From Octopus vulgaris (lineage: Eukaryota), in NCBI GenBank assembly GCA_951406725.2, contig OX597826.1, positions 70,370,001 through 70,434,000 on the forward strand: a stretch of 64,000 nucleotides of DNA, given 5' to 3'. The position numbers and the translations under genes were made by a program. The notes under the pieces are model-generated. The model ran no database searches. It saw nothing but the letters and a program-made list of their open reading frames with translations, and was not told where the DNA came from. Positions 1 to 13,465 of the stretch are shown here, in pieces. The stretch's first letter is position 1, and every line of letters begins with the position of its first letter.

Positions 1-35
1 TTGTCCCCATGTGTGTGTGTGTGTGTATGTACATA

Positions 36-425
36 GGAGGCGCAATGGCCCAGTGGTTAGGGCAGCGGACTCGCGGTCATAGGATCGCGGTTTCGATTCC
101 CAGACCGGGCGTTGTGAGTGTTTATTGAGCGAAAACACCTAAAAGCTCCACGAGGCTCCGGCAGGGGATGGTGGTGATCCCTGCTGTACTCTTTCACCAC
201 AACTTTCTCTCACTCTTACTTCCTGTTTCTGTTGTACCTGTATTTCAAGGGGCCAGCCTTGTCACTCATTGTGTCACGCTGAATATCCCCCGAGAACTAC
301 GTTAAGGGTGCACGTGTCTGTGGAGTGCTCAGCCACTTACACATTAATTTCACGAGCAGGCTGTTCCGTTGATTCGGTTCAACCGGAATCCTCGTCGTCA
401 TAACCGACGGAGTGCTTCCATCCAT
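36..425 (+). mobile_element. tRNA-derived SINE (family A), full length; related copies about 45540-45836 (-), 35605-35910 (-), 48170-48405 (-), 53960-54270 (+), 10830-11090 (+)
   Basis: tRNA-like head with A box (tggcccagtgg) and B box (gtttcgattccc); 11-bp direct repeat gtgtatgtaca at 23-33 and 430-440 (TSD). Confidence 0.85.
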
Positions 426-491
426 AGTAGTGTATGTACACAAGTTTCTAATGTGCTACAGTTGTTCACGATTGTTGTTTATTTTTTGCAG

Positions 492-655
492 ATAATAAAC
501 CTTTAACATTTGCTGGCCGTAGCTTTGCTCGATGGACGTTGGTGGACAAACACGGCTTTGAAAACAGATTAAGTGTTTCATTGAGGATAAAGACTCACCA
601 GAAAAATGCCAACCTCATGTTTGCTAGTGGTTCTGTGGATTATAGTATTCTTGAG
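492..655 (+). CDS. FAT1-like: Fat-like cadherin exon (first in window; gene continues upstream): start of Laminin-G domain
   Basis: ttttttgcag| acceptor, GAG|gtaaat donor; encodes NKPLTFAGRSFARWTLVDKHGFENRLSVSLRIKTHQKNANLMFASGSVDYSILE, a LamG N-terminal pattern; phase 1 to phase 0. Confidence 0.92.
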
Positions 656-1176
656 GTAAATGACTTCTTTTTTTTTTCATCCTTTTTTTTTATCTTTTAC
701 TTGTTTCAGTCAGCGACTATGGCCATACTGGAGCACTGCCTTGAAAAGTTTGGTCAAGCAAATCAACCCCAGTATTTTTTTCCTTTTTTTTTTTTGAGTT
801 TGGTTCTTATTTCGGTCATCTTTTGCTGAACTGCCAAGTCATAGAGCTGTAAACAAGCCAGCACCAACTGTCGGGCACTTGTGGTGGGTTGGGTGACAAA
901 CAAGAACACAAAGACACATGTGTATTAACACACACACGCATACATTCATATACATATATATGACAGGCTTCCACCTAGTTTCCATCTACCAAATTCTTTC
1001 ACAAGGCATTTGTCAGCCTTTTGCTATAATAGAAGCTATTTATTTGCACAAGATACTACCAAGTGGGACTGAACTTGAAATTACTTGGTTACAAAGTTAC
1101 AAAGCAAGCTTCTTGACCACACAGCCATGCCTTCATCATTAATCAGAATTTGTAATTAGTGACTAATGTTATGGGG

Positions 1177-1232
<56 letters not shown>

Positions 1233-1633
1233 TAATGGAACATCCCTCCCACATGACAAGTGGTATGTGCTAGTCATTATGAATACTGTGATGTAGGAAG
1301 TTGAGAAGTCAGCAAAGTTGGTCATAGATAGTCATGTCTAACTGCACAGCTATACTAGAGTGGATGTTATAACAGTCTGACATTGAATTACAACAACTAT
1401 TGCTTGACTTTAACCACTTGAGCAAGTCCCTTAGTGGTTGACAATATGTACATCTCTGATCACGAGCAGGAGTAACTGGGATGCTTCATAGCCATATGTT
1501 GAGGGATTCTTTGAGGTTTGAATAAACGTAACAAAAGCAAAGTTTGAAGGAAATACTAGCCATTTTACATACTTTCTAGGAATAAGTAAATAGGAAATAA
1601 CAGTTGCTACCGAAGGACGGTGTAATTAGTGTT

Positions 1634-1848
1634 ATACTCTTTTACTTGTTTCAGTCATTTGACTGCGGCCATGCTGGAGCACCACCTTTAATCGAGCAAC
1701 TCGACCCCAGGACTTATTCTTTGTAAGCCCAGTACTTATTCTATCGGTCTCTTTTGCCGAACCGCTAAGTGACGGGGACATAAAGACACCAGCATCGGTT
1801 GTCAAGCAATGCTAGAGGGACAAACACAGACACACAAACACACACACG

Positions 1849-1894
<46 letters not shown>

Positions 1895-2070
1895 CATATA
1901 TATATATACGACGGGCTTCTTTCAGTTTCCGTCTATCAAATCCACTCACAAGGCTTTGGTCGGCCCGAGGCTATAGTAGAAGACACTTGCCCCAAGGTGC
2001 CACGCAGTGGGACTGAACCCGGAACCATGTGGTTGGTAAGCAAGCTACTTACCACACAGCCACTCCTGCA
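1634..2070 (-). mobile_element. tRNA-derived SINE (family B, CORE-like segment); related copies about 695-1135 (-), 9455-9755 (+), 17100-17452 (+), 48737-49100 (+)
   Basis: minus-strand head gcaggagtggctgtgtggtaag...gggttcagtccc, accttgggcaagt segment, internal (TA)n, tail gactgaaacaagtaaaagag; recurs several times in the window. Confidence 0.85.
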
Positions 2071-2157
2071 CGGAAATAATTACAAAACAAACGTAACGAA
2101 ACAGATGCATTGATATTTAATTCCTGATTTTTCTCCATATTTTTTCTCACTCTTCAG

Positions 2158-2560
2158 CTGGACAATGGCATGGTACAGTACAGGTTTGAATGTGGCAGTG
2201 GTGTTGGAAGAGTGCAGCTACCCAGGAAAATCAGTGACGGTGAATGGCACACCATATTTGTTGAGCGCTTAGGCAAGACAGCTACAATCAACCTGGACGG
2301 CCGTTACACGGCTTGGTCGAGCGCTCCAGGTGAACACGATGTCCTCAATCTGGGCAGCAACAACATCTATTTCGGCGCTGAAGTCGAGACGTTCCCCAAC
2401 GGCTACCGCAACATCAAGCGGGGCTTCGAAGGGTGCATGGAAGACCTGCGCCTACACAGCATCCGTTTGCCATTCACTGATCGCAACGCTGTAGCCACCT
2501 CACAGGAATTTCATAAGATTGAGTTTAACTGCAAGAATATGTGGGAGAAAAATGAAAATG
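2158..2560 (+). CDS. FAT1-like: Fat-like cadherin exon: remainder of Laminin-G domain
   Basis: tcttcag| acceptor, G|gtaatt donor; LDNGMVQYRFECGSG...ISDGEWHTIFVER...IYFGA...GFEGCM LamG motifs; phase 0 to phase 1, in frame with previous exon. Confidence 0.95.
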
Positions 2561-2869
2561 GTAATTCGTTTTTTTTTTATATTTCACTAATGTTGTTTTT
2601 GTTATTGTTGTTGTTAGTCAGGTAACGGGTAAAGGTAAAGTTTACGGACCCCCTTTTGGTCACAAATGACTTTGGGATTGTACCAAGAAAGTTCCCCTTC
2701 AAGGCACAAGTCTGGACAAAGTTGTTTATGGAAGATCAGCAATCGCCCATGCATACCCCATCATCTCCACTCTGCACCACGCCACAAGTGTTATCCAAGG
2801 GAAAGGCAAAGGGGCCGATACAGCTTGGCATCAGTGACGTCACAACTCATTTCTACAGGTGAATGAAAT

Positions 2870-3475
2870 GAAGGCGGTGAGCTGGCAGAATCGTTAGCAC
2901 GCCAGGTGAAATGCTTAGCAGTATTTTGTCTGCCGTTACGTTCTGAGTTCAAATTCCGCCAAGGTCGACTTTGCCTTTCATCCCTTTGGGGTCGATAAAC
3001 AAAGTAACCAGTTACACACTGGGGTCGATATAATCGACTTAATCCATCTGTCTGTCCTTGTTTGTCTCTTCTGTGTTTAACCCCTTGTGGGTAGTAAAGA
3101 AATAGGTATTTTGTCTGCCGTTACGTTCTGAGTTCAAATTCCGCCGAGGTCGACTTTGCCTTTCATCCTTTTGGGTGTCGATAAATTAAGTACCAGTTAC
3201 GCACTGGGGTCAATATAATTGACTTAATCCGTTTGTCTGTCCTTGTTTGTCCCTTCTGTATTTAGCCCCTTGTGGGTAGTAAAGAAATAGGTTTTTTGTC
3301 TGCTGTTACGTTCTGAGTTCAAATACCACCGAGGTCGACTTTGCCTTTCATCCTTTTGGGGTTGATAAACAAAGTACCAGTTACACACTGGGGTCGATAT
3401 AATTGACTTAATCCATCTGTCTGTCCTTGTTTCTCCTCTCTGTGTTTTAGCCCCTTGTGGGTAATAAAGAAATAG
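2870..3475 (+). mobile_element. Nin-domain-type SINE, tandem trimer, nested in an older SINE
   Basis: head aaggcggtgagctggcagaatcgttag; three copies of a ~185-nt unit with actttgcctttcatcc...gggtcgataaa...agtaccag; 13-bp TSD aggtgaatgaaat (2857-2869, 3474-3486). Confidence 0.85.
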
Positions 3476-3772
3476 GTGAATGAAATCGAGCAACATGAAA
3501 TAACATATCTTGCTCAAAGAACACAAAACAGCCTGGTACAGAAATCAAACACACAACCTGTCTGTTTATCTCATATAACCTTCCCATCAGTCTACCTATC
3601 ATACCATTACTCACTTACCTGTCCACCTGTCTGTTCCGTCATTATACATGACTTTCTATTACAAACCTGTCAGTTTACTTTATGCTATGTTCACCTGACT
3701 CTCTACCTGCGACACTATTACTTACTTATCTGGTTTTTCCTTTTATTTTTTTGTATTTTTCTGACTTTGTAG

Positions 3773-3922
3773 ATCCTTGTTCCAACTTCCCATGCCTCAA
3801 TGGCGGTCGGTGTATCCCATCCAGCCACAAGAGCTACACCTGCGTGTGTGGTTCACGTTTCCAAGGACTGAAGTGTGAAGTCGATACCAATCCATGTGCA
3901 GATAACCCATGTCTAAATGGAG
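3773..3922 (+). CDS. FAT1-like: Fat-like cadherin exon: EGF-like repeat 1 and start of repeat 2
   Basis: tttgtag| and G|gtaggt; DPCSNFPCLNGGRC...YTCVCGSRFQGLKCEVDTNPCADNPCLNGG, six-cysteine EGF spacing; 150 nt, phase 1-1. Confidence 0.95.
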
Positions 3923-4647
3923 GTAGGTGAACACATCCTCCTGCCTCTCCTCTCTCTCTATCTCTTTGCAAAACACCTGTGCTTATATTTATCATAAGAG
4001 GATGAACTATTGTAGATTTATATATACATATATATATATATAGATATATATATATGTAGGTCCCGGGTTGAGTCGGGGTTAACCACAGTTAATAAGGTAC
4101 TCAATACATAGCAGAGTAACATTTGAATGAAACAGTTCTAGTCGTGTAGAAGCTCCTTCTATAAAATTAAAAAAAATATATATATATATATAAATAAAAT
4201 GGAGTGAAGTGAAAATTAATTGACAAATGTGATTATTACACTCTGGAACTAGACCTCTCCAAATTTTATTGGAAACATATGTAAGAGCTAACTGGATTAG
4301 ATGTATATAAATCTCCTATCTGTGTGCCATACATATATATATAAATATAATGAATTTGAATTGTCTTGGTTTTACTTAGGCACTCCTACTTGCAGTACTA
4401 TATTTATTGTTTTGATTTCTATTGGAAAAGCGAAATTATAAAAATTATTTTATATATATATATATATATATGTATGTATTATATTTATTCTACATTATAT
4501 CAGTACAGCTCGATGCAACCCCCAAAAAGGCTGGCTCGTCAGTTGGCATCATTAGACGGTGGCCGGCATAATGGAATAGGGGCTTTATTTGCATATTCAA
4601 AACATTTTCCAGAAACAAATTTAAAAGATGTATATATATATATATAT

Positions 4648-4845
4648 AGGGGAGAATTCACAAAAAAAAAAAAACAAACGACAAAGACAGGTGGTGTAGA
4701 CAAGAAACAGATGTATTACTATAACGCTCAGGAAGGGAAAAAAGTCTTTAACATTTCGAGACAACGCTCTTCCACAGAAAGGAACATAGAAAGAAACAAG
4801 GAGAGAAAATAATGTGTTGTGGCTAGCGATCTATGATGGCAAAAT
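4648..4845. mobile_element. ~190-bp dispersed repeat, probably Penelope-derived; copies about 16313-16495 and 62718-62880
   Basis: gggagaattca...gacaggtggtgtagacaa...acgtttcgagcctacgctcttctacagaaag in three copies next to (TA)n; minus strand has a degenerate hammerhead-like gaagagcgtaggctcGAAAcgt. Confidence 0.55.
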
Positions 4846-6166
4846 ATATGTGTGTATGTGTTGCTTGTGTGTGTATACGTATGTTATTGCATGCATGCGT
4901 GTGTATACGTATGTTATTGCATGTGTGTGTATATATATGCATGCATACACACATAAGTACAATTGCAACAATAAATGTCGATTTTGTTGCTCTTCTGTGG
5001 AGGACATAACACATGACCCACAACAGCCTAAAAATATTCTCAAGCTCCTACCTCCTCTCATGGTATGGTGTCCCTACTGAAGCAATATGTATTGTGCCAG
5101 TCATAGAAAAGATTGCTCTCATAGTAAATATACACAAACTTAACATCATGAAAAAAATATTAGTGGAACATTCCCATCACAACTTGTACCAAACGCAAAG
5201 ACAACAGACCTGATATAGTTATTGAGCATGGAGAAGACATTTCATGTACTGTCATTTAACTTCAACCAAATTTCTTGGTGCTTATACAAAGGAATGAAAG
5301 GAATTCTAATTTTCAAAAATAAAGTATTCGTTACCTTAGCTGCTTTTAGCATTTTGAAGGCAAATCATGTTGCCATACAATTTTCCTCCTCTATAACTGC
5401 AGCCATATTGTGTCACATCGCAAAGGGAGAAAACTCATACAATGACATGTTGCACCTTCAGCATGCTAAAGGTTAACATATAATTAAATGAAACAAATTT
5501 CTTATTATATAACTCATTCTTCTTACTACTCTGCTCCTTTTATCCTTTTCTTTTGTCTCTGATTCTTTCCTCTCGTTTGTGTGTGTGTAGCATTCTTTTA
5601 CTCTTTGCCTGCCACCAAGCCTCAAGTACAAACTCATCCTGCTTCTCTTACATTAACACTGCCTGTATCTCTCTTTTACTTTGTCTTCTCCTCTTTCTCT
5701 ATACAAAATAAAACATGACCAAAAAACATCAAATAACTAGCAAATATTTATTTTGGCTTTTATCACATAAAGATTATCATTAATCATTTATTATGACTAT
5801 GTCTTGTAAACAACTTGCACATGCAAGTGCTACCAGAAGCCAGCAAGTGTATGGTGTCATCATGAGACAATGCGTGCTGTTTCGGGGCCTACCTCTCGAC
5901 AGCATCAATGCGCACCCCTCCCCCTTCACTGATATGAGGCCCCGCTTGCTAGATCAGCTGGCTATCAAATAAAGCTCAATATTCTTCTAGCTCATCATCT
6001 CTTTTTAACCGAATCCAGTGGCTAGCCTTCTCCACTGTAGCTTGGATATCGGTCATGGTTGTATTGACTTTACGATGAGTTAGGCCTAACGATAATAATT
6101 AATTGACTATTCCTAACTAATTGTCATTAACCAAGTATTATTATTAACCGGTAACTTTCACTTCAG

Positions 6167-6343
6167 GTACCTGTCGTAACAACCCTGTTTTACCCAATGA
6201 TTTCTGGTGTAAATGTGTTGGTGGACTTAAGGGACGACGTTGTGAATATGGCCACCACTGTGCTGTCAATCCTTGCAGGAATGGTGCCAATTGCATTGAA
6301 GGACCAGACAAACCTATTTGCCAATGTGTTGGACTTTATGAAG
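6167..6343 (+). CDS. FAT1-like: Fat-like cadherin exon: EGF-like repeats 2-3 (frame missed by ORF track)
   Basis: cttcag| and G|gtaaat; TCRNNPVLPNDFWCKCVGGLKGRRCEYGHHCAVNPCRNGANCIEGPDKPICQCVGLYE; 177 nt, phase 1-1. Confidence 0.95.
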
Positions 6344-6421
6344 GTAAATTTTACATTTTGTTACTCTGTGTTTTCTCAATTATTTCTTTTGTTTTTTTGT
6401 CTTAATGATATTGTCAAAGGG

Positions 6422-6868
6422 TAAGGCGGCGAGCTGGCAGAATCATTAGCATGCTGGGCGAAATGCTTAGCGGTATTTTGTCTGCCATTTCGTTCTGAGT
6501 TCAAATTCCGCCGTGGTTGATTTTGCGTTTCATCCTTTCGGGGTCAATAAATTAAGTACCAGTTACGCACTGGGGTCGATGTAATCGACTTAATCCGTTT
6601 GTCTGTTCTTGTTTGTCCCCTCTGTGTGTAGCCCCTTGTGGGCAGTAAAGAAATAAGAAACCTTAGCACGCTGGCGAAATGCCTAGTGGTATTTCATCTT
6701 CCGTTATGTTGTGAGTTCAAATTCCACCAAGGTCGACTTTGCTTTTCATCCTTTCGAGATTGATGAATTAAGTACCAGTTACGTACTGGGGTCGATGTAA
6801 TCAACTTAATCAGTTTGTCCTTGTTTGTCCCCTCAATGTTTAGCCCCTTGTGGGTAATAAAGAAATAG
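6422..6868 (+). mobile_element. Nin-domain-type SINE, dimer; further copies about 8880-9085, 11125-11770, 20110-20280, 21228-21450, 22057-22262, 32668-33380, 36122-36340, 39050-39265, 54305-54490
   Basis: same head and core as 2870-3475; 17-bp TSD gatattgtcaaagggta (6407-6423, 6868-6884). Confidence 0.85.
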
Positions 6869-7960
6869 ATATTGTCAAAGGGTACGGGAAGAACAGCTTC
6901 TGTGAACCACCCATGTCCTAACGATGATATTAGTGATAGATTTTCTTCACCCAAATTTCTCATTCTTTATGTTTAACGACCTTTCATTCTTATGAGGTTA
7001 ATATCATAAAACTACCTGTTAAGCAGTGAAGTCAATGAAATCAACCTACTCACCCCCCCCCAGCCCTCTCAAATTATTGCCCTTATCTCAAGCTTTGAAA
7101 TAAGTGCTATTTGAGCACTGGGGTCCTAAAAATCAATCTGCATGATTTCAGGCCTTGTGCCTATGGTAGAAAGGATTATTATTATTAGCAAACCATTTTA
7201 CTGATATCAACATGTTTTTTCTGAAGTCTTGGATTATTTTCATTCTTACATTTGATAAAGGGATCATTCCCAGTAAATAACAGAAGTATTAAACAACCTG
7301 TTTAAAATAATACCTTCTGTTTGTTATTATTTATTGACGTTTTCTTACATATTTTGAACATTTGTGTCCATAAATTATCTTTACAACTTCCACAGTTTAT
7401 TGTATCATTTGTTGCTTGCAATCAGTGGAGCATGTGGGTGACCTGCTGTGCTTGAGGAGACCTATTGAGTCAAGTGCTTCAACATCAAAATACATATCAA
7501 ATGGAAATTGTAGTTGTGATCCCTGTGCCGTAGGCACGTAAAAAGCACCATTCGAATGTAGCCAATGACAGCGCCACCTTGACTGGCTTCTGTGCTGGTG
7601 GCACGTAAAAAGCACCCACTACACTCACGGAGTGGTTGGCGTTAGGAAGGGCATCTAGCTGTAGAAACACTGCCAGATCAGACTGGAGTCTGGTGCACCC
7701 TCCCGGCTTCCCAGACCCCGGTCGAACTGTCCAACCCATGCTAGCATGGAAAATGGACATTAAATGATGATGATGAAGACTTTATTTCTTTGCCTATGTT
7801 TTCCAATAAACTGCTGAATTATTTCTTTTTTTTTTTTTTTCTTAATTTTTCAAATTGTAAAGATAATTTATGGACACTTTTGTATGTACACATACACACA
7901 CACACACACACATGCTTATGTATATTACATACTGTATATTTTTTTCTTTTTTTCTTTCAG

Positions 7961-8158
7961 GCCCACTTTGTCAATATGAGTCTGATAAGTGTGCCAACAA
8001 TCCTTGCAAGAATGGTGGCACCTGCTACAATGGACCTGGCACTTATTTCTGCAACTGCAGCATTGACACAGTCGGAACGCACTGTGAAGAAATCCTTCTT
8101 CCAAATATCTCATCTAATAAACATGGAATCACAGAGAATGAAATCTTCATCATAATCG
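7961..8158 (+). CDS. FAT1-like: Fat-like cadherin exon: last EGF repeat, juxtamembrane region and start of TM helix
   Basis: tttctttcag| and G|gtcagt; PLCQYESDKCANNPCKNGGTCYNGPGTYFCNC...HCEE...EIFIII; 198 nt, phase 1-1. Confidence 0.95.
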
Positions 8159-8194
8159 GTCAGTTTCCATTATTATTATTATTATTATTATTAT

Positions 8195-8750
8195 TGAGTG
8201 AGAGTGCAGTGCATGCCATAAAAGTGACACTGGGGTAAAATATACGAAGCCCAGTATAACCACCATGACTACCCGTCTGATAAGGGTACACTAGACACAT
8301 ACATCACAACCATGTGTGCGTGACATGGTGATCTCATATCAAGATAAACAGCACATGACCTTGCAGGTGGGACCCAGTTAGAATTTTCTTCAGGTCAAGT
8401 AACCCATCCCACTCAAAAGGTCCCTGAATAAGGATTGTTTAAGGATGTTGAATGAACTACCCAAGTTTCCAAAGGTGAATTATCCAAACCTCTAAGAATT
8501 CCTTTCAACATACGGCTATGATGCTCCCCCACTACTTCTGCTCATGGTCAGAGATGCACACATCGTCAGCCACTAAGGGACATGCTCAACTGGTTAAGGT
8601 CAAACAACTGACAAGCAAATCTGTGGTATTGAGCAGAATATATGTTGTAGCCCATCTTTTATACCAAGACAAAACAATGTACATGATAACACTTCCAATC
8701 AGTTAAGATCAGAAACCATGAGAGCCACTGTCTGGTACTGTATCAGGGCA

Positions 8751-8752
<2 letters not shown>
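8195..8752 (-). mobile_element. ~550-bp dispersed repeat embedded in (ATT)n tracts, likely a non-LTR retrotransposon-derived element; copies about 18047-18125, 18242-18490, 18659-19195, 20697-21210, 54531-54615
   Basis: near-identical start tgagtgagagagcagtgcatgccatcaaagtgacactgggg, each time directly after (TTA)n; variable truncation at the other end; strand inferred. Confidence 0.7.
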
Positions 8753-8829
<77 letters not shown>

Positions 8830-9823
8830 TATTATTATGATTATGATTATGATTATTATTATTATTATTATTAATATGGTCTACTGGCAGAATCATTACC
8901 GCACCAGGCAAAACGTTTTTCGGCATTTAGTCTCTCTTTATGTTCTAAGAACGCATTTCACTGAGGTTGACTTTGCCTTTCATCCTTTCTGAGTCAATAA
9001 ATTAAGTACCAGTGAAACACTGGGGTTGATGTAAGTGACTAGCACCCTCCCACAAAATTTCAAACCTTGTGTCTATAGTAGAAAGGACCGTCAGTTGACC
9101 GAATTTGTAGTGATGATCACACCGCCACCCTTCTTCAGTTGGGCATGCAAGGCAGTTTTCCTTTCCCTGGTGGCTGCAATGAAAGAGGTTGTTTGGTGGA
9201 CAAAACTGAAAGGCATGAGGACAAATACAATCCTCTTTGGTAGAGTTCTCATTGACTCCTTCAAGATTCACTTGAAAAGCAGCCATGTGGTTTGCAAGCA
9301 AGCTACTTACCACACAGCCAATCCTACGCCTATAATACCTAATTTTTAAAAGTGGAACTGGTTATATAGTGCAAGTTCCACACTGCAAACCTATTATCAA
9401 GATGCATAGTTCAAATACCCTCATTGAAACTGTTTTTTTCTATCTCAATAGGCTTAGGAGTGGCTGTGTGGTAAGTAGCTTGCTTACGAACTACATGGTT
9501 CTGGTTTCAGTCCCACTGCATGGCACCTTGGTCAAGTGTCTTCTACTATTGCCTCAGGCAATATATATATATACATATATATGTGTGTGTCTGTGTTTAC
9601 ATCCCTTTAACTTAGTGGTTCGGCAAAAGAAACCGATAGAATAAGTACTAGGCTTACAAAGAATAAGTCCTGGGGTCAATTTGTTCAACTAAAGGCGGTG
9701 CTCCAACACGGCCACTGTGAGATGACTGAAACACGTAAAAGAGTAAAAGAGAGAGAGATCCTGATATTTATTATAATTTACCTGTTAATTGATGTTCTTA
9801 TGTCTGTTTTGAATTCCTCACAG

Positions 9824-10342
9824 GTGCCTTAGCATTCCTGATCGTAATAGTAATCATTCTGATTGCCATTCGATTCTGGTACCAGAAGAAGCAATCTCAT
9901 CGCCGGATTCTTGCCCCAAATCCCCGCTTGGCCAACAACGTGATCATGAGCGACCCAGATGACCTGAAACATTCCAAACTCAGCAACCCGGACCTGCACC
10001 TCGGCATATCACACTGCCCGCCCAGCCCTCAACCGCCCCCGGTGCCGAACCGACCAGCCTCCTACACGCCGAGCAATCACGACTCGTCTCTCAACACGCT
10101 GAACAACTTCGACACGGTGCGGAACTATGGCAGCGCCGCGGACCAGCTGGAAAATGTGCACAACATTCCCGTCTACTCGTGCGACCACCTGCAGACGTTC
10201 AGCCCGTATCCGCGCAATGGCGCAAGTGTGCCGCCATCGCTCCCACCACCCCCTCCGTCGAACTCAGCATCCGACACAGACTCTATACAGAAACCAACCT
10301 GGGAGCTTGATTATCCAAACATTTTGGAAAATTATACGGAAT
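9824..10342 (+). CDS. FAT1-like: Fat-like cadherin exon: transmembrane helix and proline-rich cytoplasmic region
   Basis: ctcacag| and T|gtaagt; GALAFLIVIVIILIAI followed by basic RFWYQKKQSHRR; PPPVPNRPASYTPS, LNTLNNFD, LPPPPP and SDTDSIQKPTWELDY resemble FAT1/FAT3 tail motifs; 519 nt, phase 1-1. Confidence 0.95.
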
Positions 10343-10784
10343 GTAAGTCATTTAGTCTTTTTAGGGTTTGGTTTGTTTTTTTATTTTCTTTCGAAACAAA
10401 TTCTTTGATTCCATTACATTTCTTTTTTCTCTTTGAGGAAATTTTATTTATATTTCGAAAAAAAATTTGGTTTTTTTTTACATATTAACAGAAATGTTTA
10501 TTTGTGTTTCTTTGTTTTTTTTTCATTATTTGTTTCTTTTTGCAGATTCGTCTTTATTTTAAAGAATGTATTTATTTTTAATCATTTGATTAATTTATTT
10601 CTAAGGCTGAAAAAGAATGACAAGAAAACTGGTAAAGTGCTGGATTTAAAATATCTCTGCAGTGTTTAGTTACATCTACTTAGGTTCAAATCCCACCGGT
10701 GATGCCTTTGATGTTGAAACCATAATCTGTCATATACTGAGATCAGTTCACAAAACTTGGGGTACTGTGATTATGTTAGAATCA

Positions 10785-10827
<43 letters not shown>

Positions 10828-13229
10828 GAACTAGTGATTAGGGAGTTAACCCATGATCACGAGATCATGGTTTCAATTCCTAGACCAGGTGGTGCATTGT
10901 GTTCTTGGGCAAAATACTTCATCTCACATTGCTCTGCAATCACTTCGATACCTGTTCAGACAATGTCAATTTGATGGAGGGAGTGAGCTCATGTGCAGCA
11001 CGAACATTTGATCACTATAAACAAAATCATTTGTGCAGGTCGTTCGGCAAAAGCTGAATGTTCATACATCATCTTCTACAGGAGAATCCATTGTTATTAT
11101 CATCATTATTATTATTATTATTAAGGTGGCAAGCTGGCAGAATTGTTAGCATGCCAGGCAAAATGCTCAGCAGCATTTTGCCTGTCTTTACATTCTGAGT
11201 TCAAATGGCACCGGAGTCAGCTGTGCCTTTCATCCCTTGCAGGGTCAACAAAATAAGTATCAGTTGAGTACTGAGGCCAATTTAATCTACTTATCTTCTT
11301 CCTTAAAATTGCTGGCTTTGTGCCAAAATTTGAAATTGTCATTATTATTGGAATGCTGAACTCAAAGACTCATCAGCACGTCGGATAAAATGCTGAGGGA
11401 TGTTTTTTTCTAGCTCTTTGTTTTCTGAGGCCAACTTAGCTTTTCATCCTTTTGGAATAAAAAATCAAAAAGTACCAGTTATGTACTGGGGTTGATGTAA
11501 TGAACTAACGTCTGCAACACATAAAATTGTTGATTTTGTACCAAAATTTGAGACCAAAAGTGGTAAACTGGCAAAATTGTTGCTGCTTCAGACAAAATGC
11601 TTAATAACATTTCTTCCGGTATTTTAGATTCTAAGTTCAAATCCCACATTGGTCAATGTTGCCTTTCATCCTTTGAGGATTGATAAGAATAAAGTACCAG
11701 TTAAGTACTGTGGTTGATGTAATCAACATTTCCCCTCCCCTCAACACTTCTGACATCGTACAAAACTTAGAAAGAATTATTATAAGATTCCACCTCATTC
11801 CTTGCAAATCGTTAGTCAAAGGTGAAAGTCTTACCTGTCGGGAGTGAGGTGATTTCAGAGAAGAGGTAATATTGATTTCAAGTCAGCTTTACCATAATTT
11901 AAAACATTCATTCCTTGTTACTCTGTAAAGTTAGATATCAGCTTCAATAATCCCTTGAACTCTTGTGTATAAGCCCTACCTCTAATCCCAAACCACATTA
12001 ATCCACTGGTTTGAGATAAACTGCAGAGTAAAATTTCAGACACTGCCCCACCCTACCCACGCCTCCTCTTTGGGTAAAATTTGTAAAAACAAAATCTGTT
12101 TAACAATTGCAGCGCACAATCTCAGATCAAGTCACTTGCTATGCAAGTACATCTCCGTAAAAAAATCTGTTTATTCTTCACTTTATCACAGTAAGAAGAT
12201 TTAACAAAGTTACTTTGTTATATTTCCTTATTTCATTCATTTCTTTTTGCCTTTAATTAAAAATGAAAAAAAAGAAATCAACAAAATACGTTTATTGCTT
12301 TTGTATTTTTATTTTTATTTGAGTGGTGCTTATTCTAATACCTTAAAGATTACCAAATGCCAAAGCCTTCTTTTGTTAATATCTATCATAACAACTTGGT
12401 CTATTTCCTTGGTGCTTCATTTTTTTTTATTTTTGATAACTAAAAATGCATTTTCAAGCAAACATTTTCTTGGAGAATCTCTAAATAATTTCATAACTTA
12501 TTGCTTAATTTTTAAAATAATATGCAGACTTTATATATTAGTATTCCTCTTGGAATATATATTATTTCAAATCCTATTGCTTTGGGTTGTTGAAGAATTT
12601 GCAATCCCCAAATTATTTCAAATCCTGTTGCTTAAATTCTAAAAATATTTTGCGATTCTTAAAACAAGATTTCCCCTGCAATCTCTAAAGATTCTTAACT
12701 TGGTGCTTACTTTAATAACAAAAAGTCTTCAAAACCTGACATTTCTCTTGCAACACAAATTTGATATTTCTCTTGTGGTTTCATGGACTTCAGAAGCTTG
12801 TGTTTCTTTCACTATCCATGAAACCCAACATATCAAGAAGAGACGATGAGTGAGATAGCTCCTCTACAGCAAGAATCCTCTTTCCACAACACATAGCTTA
12901 AGGCTATCTCCTTTTCAGCTATACTCTTACTCCGTTAAAGGGTGCTTTCTAGTCTTGTGAAATACATGACAACCTCATTAGTGCTGGTGCCATAAAAAAG
13001 AACTTAGTACACTCTGGCAATTGGTTGGTGCTAGGATGAGATCCAGTCATAGAAACCATACCAAAACAGACATTAGACCACAAGAGAATTCTCTGACTCA
13101 TCTGATCCCATCAAAGTGTTTTTACTCATGACAACACAGAGGAGAAATATTAAATGATGATGATATATATATATTTATATATACATGCATGCATACATAC
13201 ATACATACATATATATATATAAATATATT

Positions 13230-13260
<31 letters not shown>

Positions 13261-13431
13261 CATCGTTTAATGTCTGCTTTCCATGCTAGCATGGGTTGGA
13301 CGATTTGACTGAGGTCTGGTGAACCAGATGGCTGCACCAGGGTCCAATCTGATCTGGCAGAGTTTCTACAGCTGGATGCCCTTCCTAATGCCAACCACTC
13401 CAAGAGTGTAGTGAGTGCTTTTACGTGCCGC

Positions 13432-13465
<34 letters not shown>

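Noticed and set aside
36-110. tRNA gene (also 51866-51935 and 53960-54030)
   Set aside because: tRNA-like heads of SINEs that continue into SINE bodies; no clean cloverleaf or acceptor stem.
10606-10631. Possible small exon (taag|...G|gtaaag) after the TM exon
   Set aside because: 26 nt (not 3n) and gives an immediate stop (TGC TGA) in phase 1.
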